NCBI GenBank assembly: GCA_046290225.1
Contig: JBKAGE010000035.1
Coordinates: forward strand, 416,001-480,000
Reading direction: 5' to 3'
Origin: Bradymonadia bacterium
Lineage (GTDB): Bacteria > Myxococcota_A > Bradymonadia > UBA7976 > UBA1532
DNA length: 64,000 bases
The notes under the pieces are model-generated. The model saw only the letters and a list, made by a program, of their open reading frames with translations. It did not search any database and had not been told where the DNA came from. The position numbers and the translations under genes are program-made. Each line of letters begins with the position of its first letter. Positions within the stretch are counted from its first letter, which is position 1. Below are positions 39,575-49,302 of this stretch, in pieces.

Positions 39575-41096
39575 CCTGCTCTACAGCGAACATCCGCTGT
39601 ACGTCGTGCATGATCTCCGCATAGATCGCCGGCGGCAGATCACCCAGTGGGATCAAACTGCGATCGTCGGCCCGCCGTGGAGACGGAAAGTCGTTGTGGG
39701 TGATGGCACTGGGTTGATGCTGCAGGCAGTAGAGCCACTCGACGTCATCGGTGGCCTCGCTGGTGCGCACGACGACGTCGATGGCCCCCGAAGGCCCTGG
39801 CAGCGTGCGCACCCACCCCACGTGCCACCCCATTCGCAACACTGAAGTCCATGGCCCGCCTGCGAAGGCCTCAGGGCGCTCATGGATGTCTCGCCATCGA
39901 ATGCCGTCGAGCCCTCGGTAGACCCGTGATCGCTGCAGGTGGCTCGGGCATGTCTCCATGGGCCGGCCGAGCTGATCGAAGGGCGCTTGGAGGTCGTGAT
40001 ACTCGAAGTGCGCTTGCCACAACCCCACGATCTCAGCGTCAAGGCGGGCAGGGTGAGCGGGGCGTACCCATGTGTGCGGGGTGGTGAACAGCTCGTCATC
40101 TACATTGATGAGTGCGCCGTCCTCTCTGGGTCGGAACGTGCCGACAGGCTGGCCACGATCGTCGAGCGCGGTCCACACCATGTGCCGAGCAGGGCACGCT
40201 CTGAGGGGGTGGTGCAGCATATGGGCGGTGAACCCGCCGGCAGACCACACACGGCCGGAGAGGGTGGCATCTCGGAGTCGGGTACAGATGACTTCGAACG
40301 TGGCGCTCGCTTGATCGGACAACGCTTTGATCCGAGCGCGGTGGCCAGATGAGCCACGGGTGGTGGGGGCGGCGTCGACAGGCTCGCCTTCGAGCCACCA
40401 TCGTAAACCTTTGGGGCTCACGGGCATGGCCTCCACCAGAGGCGGACGCTCCGACAGCCGCCAACGCTGGTCTTGGATGTTGATGGTGGGGGTGGCGTGG
40501 TCGAGCAAGGTGCCGATGGCCACCCGTCGCGCCTGGGCCGCAGCCTCGAGGTGGCCCATGATCGCCTCTGCCAGGGACCTGCGCTGAGCGTCACGAAGTG
40601 TGGGGTAGAGGGCGCCGAGGGCAAAAATGGGCCCCCGTGCATCCGGGCGGGCGGTGATGGCAGCGCCCAGGGCGTCGATGGCGAAGGCGGCCAGTCGACC
40701 CCGCCGCCGTCGGGCCCAACGCAGGACCAGTGGGCAGAAATGGGTCAGCAAGAGTCCGGGGCTCGCCAACGCAGCACAAGGGATCAGCACGAACTTGTCC
40801 CTGACGTCGGCCCCTGCTTTCTGGAACCCTTCGAGCAGGGCTTTGACGAGCAGATCTGCGCCATCGGGCTCGAGCAGAGGCAGACAGCGCGCCAGCGGAT
40901 CACACACCTCGGCCTGGGCCTCCCGTGCCTGAGCGTCGAGCAGCCATGTCAGGACCATCTCCGGCATCAGAAAGCCCGAGCGCCACCCTGGTGTGGGCAA
41001 CGACTCGGGATCGAGCCAGTGTCTGATCTGCGCCTTTACGGGCGCTGCACTGGCTTCCATCACCAGCGCGTCGATGGTCTGTTGGGCGTCGAGCAT
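39465..41096 (-). CDS. DUF4132-like protein
   Basis: RL..A..SGRVW, HHPL...ARHMVW, FRPREDG, HP..L..W, APFDQLGR, C-terminal L..LPP..YAE.MHD; GGAGG before 41096. Confidence 0.7.
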   Translation of the reverse strand: MLDAQQTIDALVMEASAAPVKAQIRHWLDPESLPTPGWRSGFLMPEMVLTWLLDAQAREAQAEVCDPLARCLPLLEPDGADLLVKALLEGFQKAGADVRDKFVLIPCAALASPGLLLTHFCPLVLRWARRRRGRLAAFAIDALGAAITARPDARGPIFALGALYPTLRDAQRRSLAEAIMGHLEAAAQARRVAIGTLLDHATPTINIQDQRWRLSERPPLVEAMPVSPKGLRWWLEGEPVDAAPTTRGSSGHRARIKALSDQASATFEVICTRLRDATLSGRVWSAGGFTAHMLHHPLRACPARHMVWTALDDRGQPVGTFRPREDGALINVDDELFTTPHTWVRPAHPARLDAEIVGLWQAHFEYHDLQAPFDQLGRPMETCPSHLQRSRVYRGLDGIRWRDIHERPEAFAGGPWTSVLRMGWHVGWVRTLPGPSGAIDVVVRTSEATDDVEWLYCLQHQPSAITHNDFPSPRRADDRSLIPLGDLPPAIYAEIMHDVQRMFAVEQVSDGEPVAEGPEGAGGPGAVVPPADRRPAHRQTCRS

Positions 41097-41127
41097 GTGA
41101 TCCTCCATTCAGGCAGTGATGTGCCTT

Positions 41128-44100
41128 TCAGGTGACGTGTTGCGCGAGGGCGTCGAGTTGAGCCACGAACCGGCTCGCAGGGCGATGCTGGGCACGGCGA
41201 TGTACCACCGAGACTGTGCGCGCGATGGCCGCTCGATGACGATCGATGAAACCTGGCCCCCGATCGTTGTCGGCGATCAGGGTGGTGACGGCGTCGAGGG
41301 TGGCGAAGGCCACACCGGGGTGCCGTCTGAAGACGCCAGCCACCAGCCCCGCCTCGAGATCGGGCAGCGCCCCGCTGGGTGCGGCGAGCAGCGTGTCGGC
41401 GATCCAGCCCACCACCTCTTCAGGCCGCCGACGCGCTTCGTCGTCGAGGGCGAGCAACAGATGACTCTGCAGCAAGGTGAGATGGGCCGCGTCGAGCATG
41501 TGCACGACGGGGCCGAGGGTGCCTCGACCCGTGGCATGGTGCTCGATCCACCCGCTGAGGGCCTCGATCAAGGCAGGTTGATCGGGTGAAGCTGTCAGCT
41601 GGGCGGCGATGAGGGCCACGGCACCTTCCATGCCGTCCTGGCTCCAGCCTCTCTCGGGGCTGAGATCGCCTGCTGCGCGCTCCAGGGTGCCTGTGAGCTC
41701 ACCGGCCTGGGCAAAGGGCACCAGACAGTTGAGGTAGGCCGGCCGCGAGAAGTCCCATCGGGCCCATCCGTCTTCATCGAGGGCGTCGAACCGCTCGGCG
41801 ATGAAGGTGGCCAGCGCGCGTGGATGCTCGGGTGCGCCCAGATGCACGGCGAGGCCGCCGGTGAGCACATCGCTCTGCCGAATGTGACTCGCGAGGCTCA
41901 ACCAGTAGAAGCCCGGCCCGTCGGCATCGGCGATGAGGCACTCGGCGAGGTGTCGGGCCAACAACTCAAGGGTGCCCTCGTCGAGAACCCCATGTTGGGC
42001 ATGGCCGATGAGCCAACGTTGCAGATCGTGTCTGAAGGCGGTGCCGCGGCGACGATCTGCTTGAGCGAGGGCCAGGAGAATGCGCACTCGATCCTGGTCG
42101 ACCGCCATGGGCTGACCTGGTGGATCGAGCAACGACAGATGCATCGACTGCAGCGGGCTCGGGCCGTCGAGATGCCGATCGATCCAGCGACGCACCACCT
42201 CGAACCGTTGCTCCGGCTGCTCGGGCCAACGTCCCAAGGTCGACCAGGCGTGTAGCAAGTGGCTGCGGACCTCAGGATAGGGGGTGTGCATGAGCCAGTG
42301 ACTCAGCGGCTCGCCGAGGGCCTCGATGCAGAGCGTACGGTGAGCGGCGCCTTCCGAGCCCACCAGCTCGTCGACGCGACCGATCATCCACCGCAACAGC
42401 GCCGCGAGCCCACAGGCGTATCGCCCAGCGCCTCGACCGCTCGCTGGGGCGCCAGAGACCGTGCGGTCGGGCAGGCCGTCGAAGCCACCGTCAGCGAGGC
42501 GGGCGGCGGCGAATCGGGTGAGCGTCTCTGTGTCGAGCAACCCGCGACGCCAGGCGCCGTCGAGCAGACGGCTGCGCTCGCGGATCAACCGCTCACCTTC
42601 GAAGGGCAACGTGATCACGATCACTGCCATCCAGGGCACCGAGTCGGGGTTGCGGCTGTTGGCTTGCACCACCGTGGCCCAGAGATCGTCGAGCGTCTCG
42701 GGGCTCGGCCCCGTGAAGAGCGCCCCTCGGGCCATCTCTTTGAGCAGGGCCAATACGCTCCGTACAGGCCCGCGCTCCGGACGCGCGGCGCGCTCAAGCA
42801 GCAGCTGGCCCGCCACGCGCTCGAGGCGCTCTCGGTAGAGGTGGCTCACGGGCCAGTCCCAGACACCGCCACCCACCGCTCGGATGAGGTGCAGATATCG
42901 GGTGGAGGCCACCTGAGCCTGGGGTGATCCTTCCGGGCCCTCGGGCTGGCCGATCAGGCGCAGACGCTCCGCTGCTTGTTGTGTCAGGCCCGGCTGGGCA
43001 GACAAGATCCCGTGAAAACTCAACATCGTGAGTCGGTCGAGATCAGCGCTGAGGGCACCGTCATGATGGGTCCAGCGATCCACCATGCGTCGACACATCG
43101 ACACGGGGGCCAGCAGACAGATCAACAGCTGTCCTCGCGCCCTCAATGCAGGATCGAGGGCATCGAGCATTTGCACTGGCTGATCTGCGAGGCGTTCGAT
43201 GGCTTTCAAGAGGCGAGCGCCGTTGTGTCGGGCGCTCAACGGATCAGCGCCAGAGGGTCGAGGCTCGGGGAGTGCGGACAAGGCCGAGATACGCAGCGCG
43301 AGATCGGCACAGAGCACTGCATCTCCAGGGGCCAGGGCGTCATCGTCGAGCAACGCGTCGACCTGCTGGGCCACTGCACACCATGGAGGGCGCTCGAGCA
43401 CGAGCCCACCTGCAGACCAGCCGTCCACTCGAGCCACAGCCCGAAGCGCGTTGTGATCGAGGGGATCAGCTTGGGTGATGTCGTGCAGACCTCTGCGGCC
43501 TACCCGACCTGCGGGGGGTGGCTCTGCCTGACGTTGCATGTGCAACATCTCGTCGAGGACCGCAGTGATCTTCTGCTCAGGGCCCAAATCCGAAGGTTGA
43601 GCAGAGAGATCGATGAGATCGACACCGCGTTGACGCCAATAATCTCTTTGAGTGGCCGAAGTGCGCAGATGCAGCGACCACGCCATGGGTACATCGTCGC
43701 CCAGCCGTTGACGGACCCAGTCCTGGATCGCCCTGAAGGCCGGATCGTCGAGGCTGAAGCCCACGAAGAGCACCCGCGACTCCACGAAGCAGCGGGTGAT
43801 GAAGACCTGGATCAGGCGGTGCCGCTCGGTATAGGCCAGAAAATCATCCCCGGAGATCACGATGTCTGCGGGGTTGCGTGCGAGGCAGCCGTTCATCTTG
43901 ATGATGCGGGGTGGCTGTCGAGGGCGGGCCAGATCACGGCCTTCGGTGACCACCTGAGGCACGATGTGGGCTTGCTCGAAGGCGCGCTCGAGCAGAGTGT
44001 CGAAGTTGGTGGTGATGATCTCCTGGAAGTTGAGCTCCACCACCCGGTCGTGCACCGCCCCCGGGATGTACTCAGCGTCGGGGATCGCCCCCATCACGGC

Positions 44101-44391
44101 GTTCACCAGGGCGTTGCGACCACGGGCTGCACGGAAGTAGTCGGCGATGCGCAGCGCGTCCTGCTCTTGAGCCAGATCGTCTTCGAGGCCAGCGCGGAGC
44201 TTCTCCACCAGTGACCACCAGCCTGGCAGGCGCTGATGACCACCATCTTTGCGCTTGGCGTTCATCGACAGCCCTGCCCCAGCGAAGAGGACCACTCGCC
44301 CACGGGCGAGCTCGGCCCCCAGCTCTCTCAGAGAGGCGCGCCCCTGGGCGTCGACGAAGTCGAGCATGGGTGTCTTGGTGGGGGTCGTCAT
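41128..44391 (-). CDS. SIR2-like domain protein with long helical C-terminal region
   Basis: VLFAGAGLS, LPGWWSL, IITTNFDTLLE, IIKMNG, LFVGFSLDDP in the first 270 aa. Confidence 0.9.
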   Translation of the reverse strand: MTTPTKTPMLDFVDAQGRASLRELGAELARGRVVLFAGAGLSMNAKRKDGGHQRLPGWWSLVEKLRAGLEDDLAQEQDALRIADYFRAARGRNALVNAVMGAIPDAEYIPGAVHDRVVELNFQEIITTNFDTLLERAFEQAHIVPQVVTEGRDLARPRQPPRIIKMNGCLARNPADIVISGDDFLAYTERHRLIQVFITRCFVESRVLFVGFSLDDPAFRAIQDWVRQRLGDDVPMAWSLHLRTSATQRDYWRQRGVDLIDLSAQPSDLGPEQKITAVLDEMLHMQRQAEPPPAGRVGRRGLHDITQADPLDHNALRAVARVDGWSAGGLVLERPPWCAVAQQVDALLDDDALAPGDAVLCADLALRISALSALPEPRPSGADPLSARHNGARLLKAIERLADQPVQMLDALDPALRARGQLLICLLAPVSMCRRMVDRWTHHDGALSADLDRLTMLSFHGILSAQPGLTQQAAERLRLIGQPEGPEGSPQAQVASTRYLHLIRAVGGGVWDWPVSHLYRERLERVAGQLLLERAARPERGPVRSVLALLKEMARGALFTGPSPETLDDLWATVVQANSRNPDSVPWMAVIVITLPFEGERLIRERSRLLDGAWRRGLLDTETLTRFAAARLADGGFDGLPDRTVSGAPASGRGAGRYACGLAALLRWMIGRVDELVGSEGAAHRTLCIEALGEPLSHWLMHTPYPEVRSHLLHAWSTLGRWPEQPEQRFEVVRRWIDRHLDGPSPLQSMHLSLLDPPGQPMAVDQDRVRILLALAQADRRRGTAFRHDLQRWLIGHAQHGVLDEGTLELLARHLAECLIADADGPGFYWLSLASHIRQSDVLTGGLAVHLGAPEHPRALATFIAERFDALDEDGWARWDFSRPAYLNCLVPFAQAGELTGTLERAAGDLSPERGWSQDGMEGAVALIAAQLTASPDQPALIEALSGWIEHHATGRGTLGPVVHMLDAAHLTLLQSHLLLALDDEARRRPEEVVGWIADTLLAAPSGALPDLEAGLVAGVFRRHPGVAFATLDAVTTLIADNDRGPGFIDRHRAAIARTVSVVHRRAQHRPASRFVAQLDALAQHVT

Positions 44392-44762
44392 GGCCGACCT
44401 CCCAGCACCGCCAGCAGCTGCCGGGCGTCTTCTGCAGCTTCACGCTTGGTCACGATGGCTGAGGGGCGGACCCCCGCCGTCATCATCCGGTGGATGTGAT
44501 CCGCACTGGCACCGTACTTGGTGTAGAACGCCACGGGGATCTGCGGATCAAAGGCCTGCAACCAGGCCAGTACCTGAGGCCCGGCAGGCTCCATCTCGAA
44601 GTCGAGCACCACACCATCAGGGCGAAAGTCGTCGAGGAGCGCCCGCAAAGTCTCTTCGCTCTCCACCCAGCACAGCGACTCCACAGCGTGGCCGTCCCGG
44701 CCCAGGTAGAGCGCCAGGCGCTCGCTGGTGTCCGGCTCGTCGTCAATCAACAAAATGCGCAC
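44388..44762 (-). CDS. Single-domain response regulator (receiver)
   Basis: ILLIDDE, VVLDFEM (phospho-Asp), FYT, VTK; ATGA overlap with SIR2 gene. Confidence 0.88.
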   Translation of the reverse strand: MRILLIDDEPDTSERLALYLGRDGHAVESLCWVESEETLRALLDDFRPDGVVLDFEMEPAGPQVLAWLQAFDPQIPVAFYTKYGASADHIHRMMTAGVRPSAIVTKREAAEDARQLLAVLGGRP

Positions 44763-44929
44763 TCAGCCCTCCAGTTGTGAGTCAGAGGTCTTGTCCCGCT
44801 GCGCTGTGGGCCCGTCAAGTGCACCATTGGACCACAGCGTCGTGACACCTCAGGTCAAACCGATTTTTTGGGCTGAGATTTCCTGCACTGAGGTTTCATG
44901 CGCTGAAGAGTGATCGCTGGATGGCGGCC

Positions 44930-45526
44930 TCAGCGACCGTACGTGGCCACGAGGCGGCCCACGGCGAGGGCGTGCTGGCCCACCATGAACCGGGCCACCA
45001 CCGGTGATGTCCCTGCTTCGAGGGGCAGTGATGCCACGTCGAGGGCCCAGACGTAGAACTGGTAGCGGTGTGTCCGGCCCATGGGCGGGCAGGGGCCCCC
45101 GTACCCTTCACCGCCATAATCCATGCGACCTTGCACAGTGCCCAACGCCGTCGAGGCTTCAGCGTCGGTGCCGAAGCCCTCGGGCAAAGACAGAGTGCTC
45201 GGCGGCACGTTGGCCACCCACCAGTGATGAAAGCCCACGCCCGTGGGGGCGTCGGGATCGTACAGCATCACCAAATAAGACTGCGTGCCCTCGGGGCCCT
45301 CACTCCAGCTGATCTCGGGGCTCACGTTGCCACCAGTGCAGCCAAAACCGTTGAAGACCGTGGCCTCAGGCATGACGAGATCTTCAGCGAGGGTGTTTGA
45401 GGAGACCTCGAGCGTGAACGCTTGCCCGGTGACCGGGTCGAGATCGTCTGAGGCGTGGGTGCTTTGTGTGGGGGCAGCGCACCCTCCGAGGAAGGCGAGG
45501 GCGATAAAGGCAAAGAAACGGCGCAT
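44930..45526 (-). CDS. YbhB/YbcL (PEBP/Raf kinase inhibitor-like) lipoprotein
   Basis: GCTGGNVSP, YDPDAPTG, HHW, YGGPCPP, HRYQF. Confidence 0.93.
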   Translation of the reverse strand: MRRFFAFIALAFLGGCAAPTQSTHASDDLDPVTGQAFTLEVSSNTLAEDLVMPEATVFNGFGCTGGNVSPEISWSEGPEGTQSYLVMLYDPDAPTGVGFHHWWVANVPPSTLSLPEGFGTDAEASTALGTVQGRMDYGGEGYGGPCPPMGRTHRYQFYVWALDVASLPLEAGTSPVVARFMVGQHALAVGRLVATYGR

Positions 45527-45658
45527 GGTGCACTCCTGGTCGTTAGGGTTCGCGGTGTTGCGAAGTGCACTCAGAGTGACCGCTCACATCGACATCCCGC
45601 TTGTGCGGAACGCCCAAAAAGTATGCAATTTGGCTCAAAGCACGATGAGCAGGTGATC

Positions 45659-46558
45659 ATGACCTCAGAGCAACGCGTCATCCGCATGCCCGACGATCTG
45701 GGCGAAGACACACCCCACGCGTGGCGGGCGAGCGACGAGGGTGTAGTGGTCTCGTATCTGAACACCGCGGGGCTCAGCCGCCAGCGCGTGCTCGTGTGTG
45801 CGCCGATGCTGGTCTACGTGCGCAGTGGCCGAAAGCAGCTCGAGCGGGGCGGGCAGGTGTGTGTGGTCGAAGCAGGTCAGGTGGTGTTGCTGCGTCGTGG
45901 TGTGCACATGATGACCGAGATCCTCGATGAGTATGGGCCGTATGCGTCGACCATCATGTGCGTGCACATGGGGTTTCTGCAGGCATTCGATGCGCGAAAT
46001 CCCGGCATATTCGGTGTGGATGCTGCCAACGACGTCTGGCCGATCATCGAGCCAGAGCCCTACCTGAAAGTCCTACTCGACGCATTGCCGGCCCAACTCG
46101 ATGCGCTGCCTCACGATCGACTCGTCGACTTGAAGGTCGAAGAAGCCCTCTTCGCCATGAGCTCAGGGCCAGCTCGGGGTTTCTGGGCTCAAGCCGTCTC
46201 CGAGTCTCGGGGAGACGGAGACGCGAGGTTGAGAGATACGGTGACCCGCCACGCCATCGCTGGGACGACAGTGGCGGAGCTGGCCACCTTGAGTGGTCGG
46301 AGTGTCTCAAGCTTCAAACGCGACTTCGTGCGGTTGTATGGCGTTTCCCCAGGGCGTTGGCTGTTGCAGCGACGTCTCGAGCATGCGGCGACATTGCTTT
46401 CCTCTCATGCGTGCAATGTCACCGAAGCGTGTTGGCAGGCGGGGTTCTCCGACGTGTCGAGCTTCATCCGAGCGTTCAAGCGGCAGTACGCCCGCACCCC
46501 CAAGCAGTTTCAGATGCAGAGTGCAGCTGCGAACCCCGACACTGGCATAGGAGGATAA
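45659..46558 (+). CDS. AraC family transcriptional regulator
   Basis: LATLSGRSVSSFKRDF, SPGRWL..RRLE.A, GFSDVSSFIRAFK. Confidence 0.93.
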   Translation: MTSEQRVIRMPDDLGEDTPHAWRASDEGVVVSYLNTAGLSRQRVLVCAPMLVYVRSGRKQLERGGQVCVVEAGQVVLLRRGVHMMTEILDEYGPYASTIMCVHMGFLQAFDARNPGIFGVDAANDVWPIIEPEPYLKVLLDALPAQLDALPHDRLVDLKVEEALFAMSSGPARGFWAQAVSESRGDGDARLRDTVTRHAIAGTTVAELATLSGRSVSSFKRDFVRLYGVSPGRWLLQRRLEHAATLLSSHACNVTEACWQAGFSDVSSFIRAFKRQYARTPKQFQMQSAAANPDTGIGG

Positions 46559-46563
46559 ACTAC

Positions 46564-47631
46564 GTGCCCGCCACGACCACCGAGCTGTTGCAGCGTCGCC
46601 TCGACAAGGCCCTCGATCGTCACGTCACCGGTGCCACCGTTGCGGTTCACCATCATGGTGGCCACCTGTCGTGGTCAGGGGGAGCAGGGGATCTACAGCC
46701 CGACGCGCCGTTCTTCATCGCCAGCGTCACCAAGCTCATGACCACGGCGTTGATTCTGCAGCTGATTCACCGAGGCGAGCTCGACTTCGAAGATCGGCTC
46801 GTCGACATCCTCGATCTCGACCTCACCGGGCTCCACACCTTCAAGGGCGTCGACTACACCGGTGAGATCACCGTGGCGCGGCTGCTCAGTCAGACATCAG
46901 GGCTGGCAGACTACTTTCTAGGCAAGGCGTCAGGGGGCGGCCTGACCCTCGAACGCCAGGTTCGTCAGGGGCAGGACCAGCGGTGGGATCTCGCACAGGT
47001 GCTTCAGTGGGCCCGAGAGCAGGGTGGAAGGTTTGCACCAGGCACACCGGGGAAGGCGTTGTACTCCGACACCAACTTTCAGCTGCTCGGGGCCATCATC
47101 GAGCAGCGGACCGGGCAGACCTATGCCGAGGTTTTGAACGCTCAGATCATCGAGCCTCTGTCTCTGAAGCAGACCTGGCTCTACACCGATCCCGAGGATG
47201 ATCGGCCTGCTCCTCTGCGAGATGGCCCTGCCGCGCTGGTGATCCCCAAGGCCATGGTGTCATTCGGGCCAGATGGGGGCATCGTGTCGACCTCGCAGGA
47301 GCTGGTGGTGATGGTGCGGGCCTTCTTCGAGGGTGAGCTGTTTCCCGCAGAGATGTTGGTGCCCCTGCAGATCTACCGCCGGGTCATGTTCCCGCTGGAG
47401 TACGGCACGGGGTTCATGCGGTTTCAGCTGCCTCGGTGGATGACCGCGTTCCAGGCGAGCCCCGAGCTGCTCGGTCACGCAGGCTTGTCGGGGGCCTTTG
47501 CCTTTTGTGATCCCAAATATGGCCTGTATTTCGCGGGTACGGTGAACCAGATCGCCCGACCCCAGAGGGCTTTCAAGTTGCTGCTGAGGATCCACAACAC
47601 AGTCATGGGCCACCTCGCGCCGCGGCGATGA
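46564..47631 (+). CDS. Serine hydrolase, beta-lactamase family
   Basis: ASVTK, YSDTNF, GHAG; AGGAGG RBS before GTG at 46564. Confidence 0.9.
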   Translation: MPATTTELLQRRLDKALDRHVTGATVAVHHHGGHLSWSGGAGDLQPDAPFFIASVTKLMTTALILQLIHRGELDFEDRLVDILDLDLTGLHTFKGVDYTGEITVARLLSQTSGLADYFLGKASGGGLTLERQVRQGQDQRWDLAQVLQWAREQGGRFAPGTPGKALYSDTNFQLLGAIIEQRTGQTYAEVLNAQIIEPLSLKQTWLYTDPEDDRPAPLRDGPAALVIPKAMVSFGPDGGIVSTSQELVVMVRAFFEGELFPAEMLVPLQIYRRVMFPLEYGTGFMRFQLPRWMTAFQASPELLGHAGLSGAFAFCDPKYGLYFAGTVNQIARPQRAFKLLLRIHNTVMGHLAPRR

Positions 47632-48187
47632 ACACCAGCAGGCGATCCCGCACATCTTCAGGCCACTGAGCGATGGTGATCTCGAAGCCGTCAAAGTCGT
47701 GGGCAAAGAGCGCCCGCGAGGCGTTTTCGAACCCTGGCTGGTTGCCAACGAGATCGGACATGAAGCTGTAGGCGGCGTTCACCGCCTGTTTCTGTTGTTC
47801 GGTGTCCCCAGCGGCCTTGCGCGCAGCCTCGACGAGTCGACGCAACGTCGCCGAAGCCCCGCCCCGTTGTTGCGAGAGCCAGTCCCAATGCCGGGGCAAC
47901 AGCGAGACCTCTCGAGAGACCACCCCCAACTTGGGCCGGCCCCGGCCACGTTTTTGCGGAGGCTCTGGTGTCGCCTCGAGTACCGCGGGGTGATCCACGA
48001 GGCGGGCGATGACTTCAGCCTCGGTGCCACGGAGATCGAAGTCGATGGGGTGCCCGGTGACGGCATTGTAGATGGCCAGTCGATCAGGCGGGTCGTCGCT
48101 CAATCGGCGTCGGGCGGCGGAGACCACCTCGGTGACCTCGCCGTGGGCGATGAGGGTGTGATCAGCGAATGCAAAACACTGCAGCAT
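47603..48187 (-). CDS. DUF2239 family protein
   Basis: RGRGRPKLGVVSREVSLLPRHWDWL...GGASATLRRLVE, FENASRALF. Confidence 0.88.
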   Translation of the reverse strand: MLQCFAFADHTLIAHGEVTEVVSAARRRLSDDPPDRLAIYNAVTGHPIDFDLRGTEAEVIARLVDHPAVLEATPEPPQKRGRGRPKLGVVSREVSLLPRHWDWLSQQRGGASATLRRLVEAARKAAGDTEQQKQAVNAAYSFMSDLVGNQPGFENASRALFAHDFDGFEITIAQWPEDVRDRLLVFIAAARGGP

Positions 48188-48202
48188 GGCGCGCTCCTTT
48201 AA

Positions 48203-48235
48203 ATTACCCGGGTAATAATAATAAACACCGGGTAA
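48203..48235. promoter_or_regulatory. Palindromic operator upstream of DUF2239 gene
   Basis: Perfect 14-bp ATTACCCGGGTAAT (48203-48216) and a second CCGGGTAA 20 bp away. Confidence 0.75.
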
Positions 48236-48252
48236 AAATCAAGCGCAGATGA

Positions 48253-48996
48253 TCAATCGATGATCCAGGCCCGCTCGTGGGCGAGATCGACCATCAGGCA
48301 CCCTGGCGCTGTTGCAGAGAGTTCACCCAGCAGTTGTCCTTCGGTGTTCCAGGCTGCCGAGCGGCCACCAGCGACGAAGTTGTCACAGGGGCCCACGCTG
48401 TTCACGAAGACCACGGGCAGACCAGAATCAGAGGCTGTTTTTCGGTAGTGGGCGTGAGCGCCGTCGATGGCGCGACCGGGCTTGGCGACGCTGGCGCCAT
48501 ACACCGTGGCGCCGAGGTCGACGGCTTGACGCGCGTGTTCGGGCTGGACTGATTCGTAGCAAATGGCAGGTGCCAGTCGATGCCCATGATGCTCGATCAG
48601 CACAGGCCCAGGGCCTGGCACGAAATAGGGCAGTTCGTCTGTGTGAAGCAGCTGTTTGGCATAGGCCCGTCTGGGCCGCCCGCCCTGCAGGATGATCATG
48701 CTGATGGTCACCCCCTCGATACCCTCGAGGGGAGCACCCACGGCGGTGACGACATCGAGCTCGGCGCTCCGTTGCTCGATGAGATCGAAGTGCGTGTCAT
48801 CGAGCTTCATGGCCAGCTCGGCGGCATCCTCGGGCTCATAGCTGACGAGTGACAATTCGGGGCACAACACCAGATCAGCCCCCGCCTTGGCTGCACGCTC
48901 GATGACGTCGAGGTGCAGGGCGAGGTTGTGGTCGAGATCGCGGCGTACGGGGTGCAGCTGTGCGAGGCAGATCTTCAATGGTTTTCGCCCTGTCAC
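48253..48996 (-). CDS. Carbon-nitrogen hydrolase (nitrilase superfamily)
   Basis: CPE, YAKQ, AICYE: Glu-Lys-Cys triad. Confidence 0.92.
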   Translation of the reverse strand: MTGRKPLKICLAQLHPVRRDLDHNLALHLDVIERAAKAGADLVLCPELSLVSYEPEDAAELAMKLDDTHFDLIEQRSAELDVVTAVGAPLEGIEGVTISMIILQGGRPRRAYAKQLLHTDELPYFVPGPGPVLIEHHGHRLAPAICYESVQPEHARQAVDLGATVYGASVAKPGRAIDGAHAHYRKTASDSGLPVVFVNSVGPCDNFVAGGRSAAWNTEGQLLGELSATAPGCLMVDLAHERAWIID

Positions 48997-49129
48997 ATAG
49001 GTTTCTCTTTGGCGCTTGTGCCCTGGTAGGGCCCATGCTACGCAGAGAACACTTCGTCAGGCCAGGACCAGGTCTAGCCATCTGGGCGGCGTTGCGCCGT
49101 CCTGGAGAATGCTTGGTCATGCCACACGA

Positions 49130-49260
49130 GGAAGGCTATTTCAGGATGTCCCTGATCCCCGTAGATCCCTACGGCCCGGGGCGTCCTGAGGCAACTTCGC
49201 CAATCGCTGTTACGCACCCGGGCCGTAGGGATCTACGGGGGGGAATCCAGTGAGCCTTCC
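49130..49260. repeat. Long intergenic inverted repeat (24-bp perfect arms) inside an outer 8-bp stem
   Basis: CCCCGTAGATCCCTACGGCCCGGG (49157-49180) / CCCGGGCCGTAGGGATCTACGGGG (49217-49240); GGAAGGCT (49130) / AGCCTTCC (49253). Confidence 0.9.
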
Positions 49261-49302
49261 ACGTCCCAGGTCTTGAAGTAGCGACCCCTGGTCGACGAAG
49301 CG

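Noticed and set aside
41128..44391. Calling the SIR2 gene Thoeris, SIR2-HerA, Avs or pAgo
   Set aside because: No TIR, HerA, STAND P-loop or Argonaute partner visible
45958..46563. Long N-terminal extension of the serine hydrolase ORF
   Set aside because: Overlaps the AraC gene; a strong RBS and GTG at 46564 give the better start
49130..49260. Calling the hairpin a retron, SRP, 6S or tmRNA
   Set aside because: No RT gene in the window and no diagnostic conserved motifs; kept as an unassigned structured element
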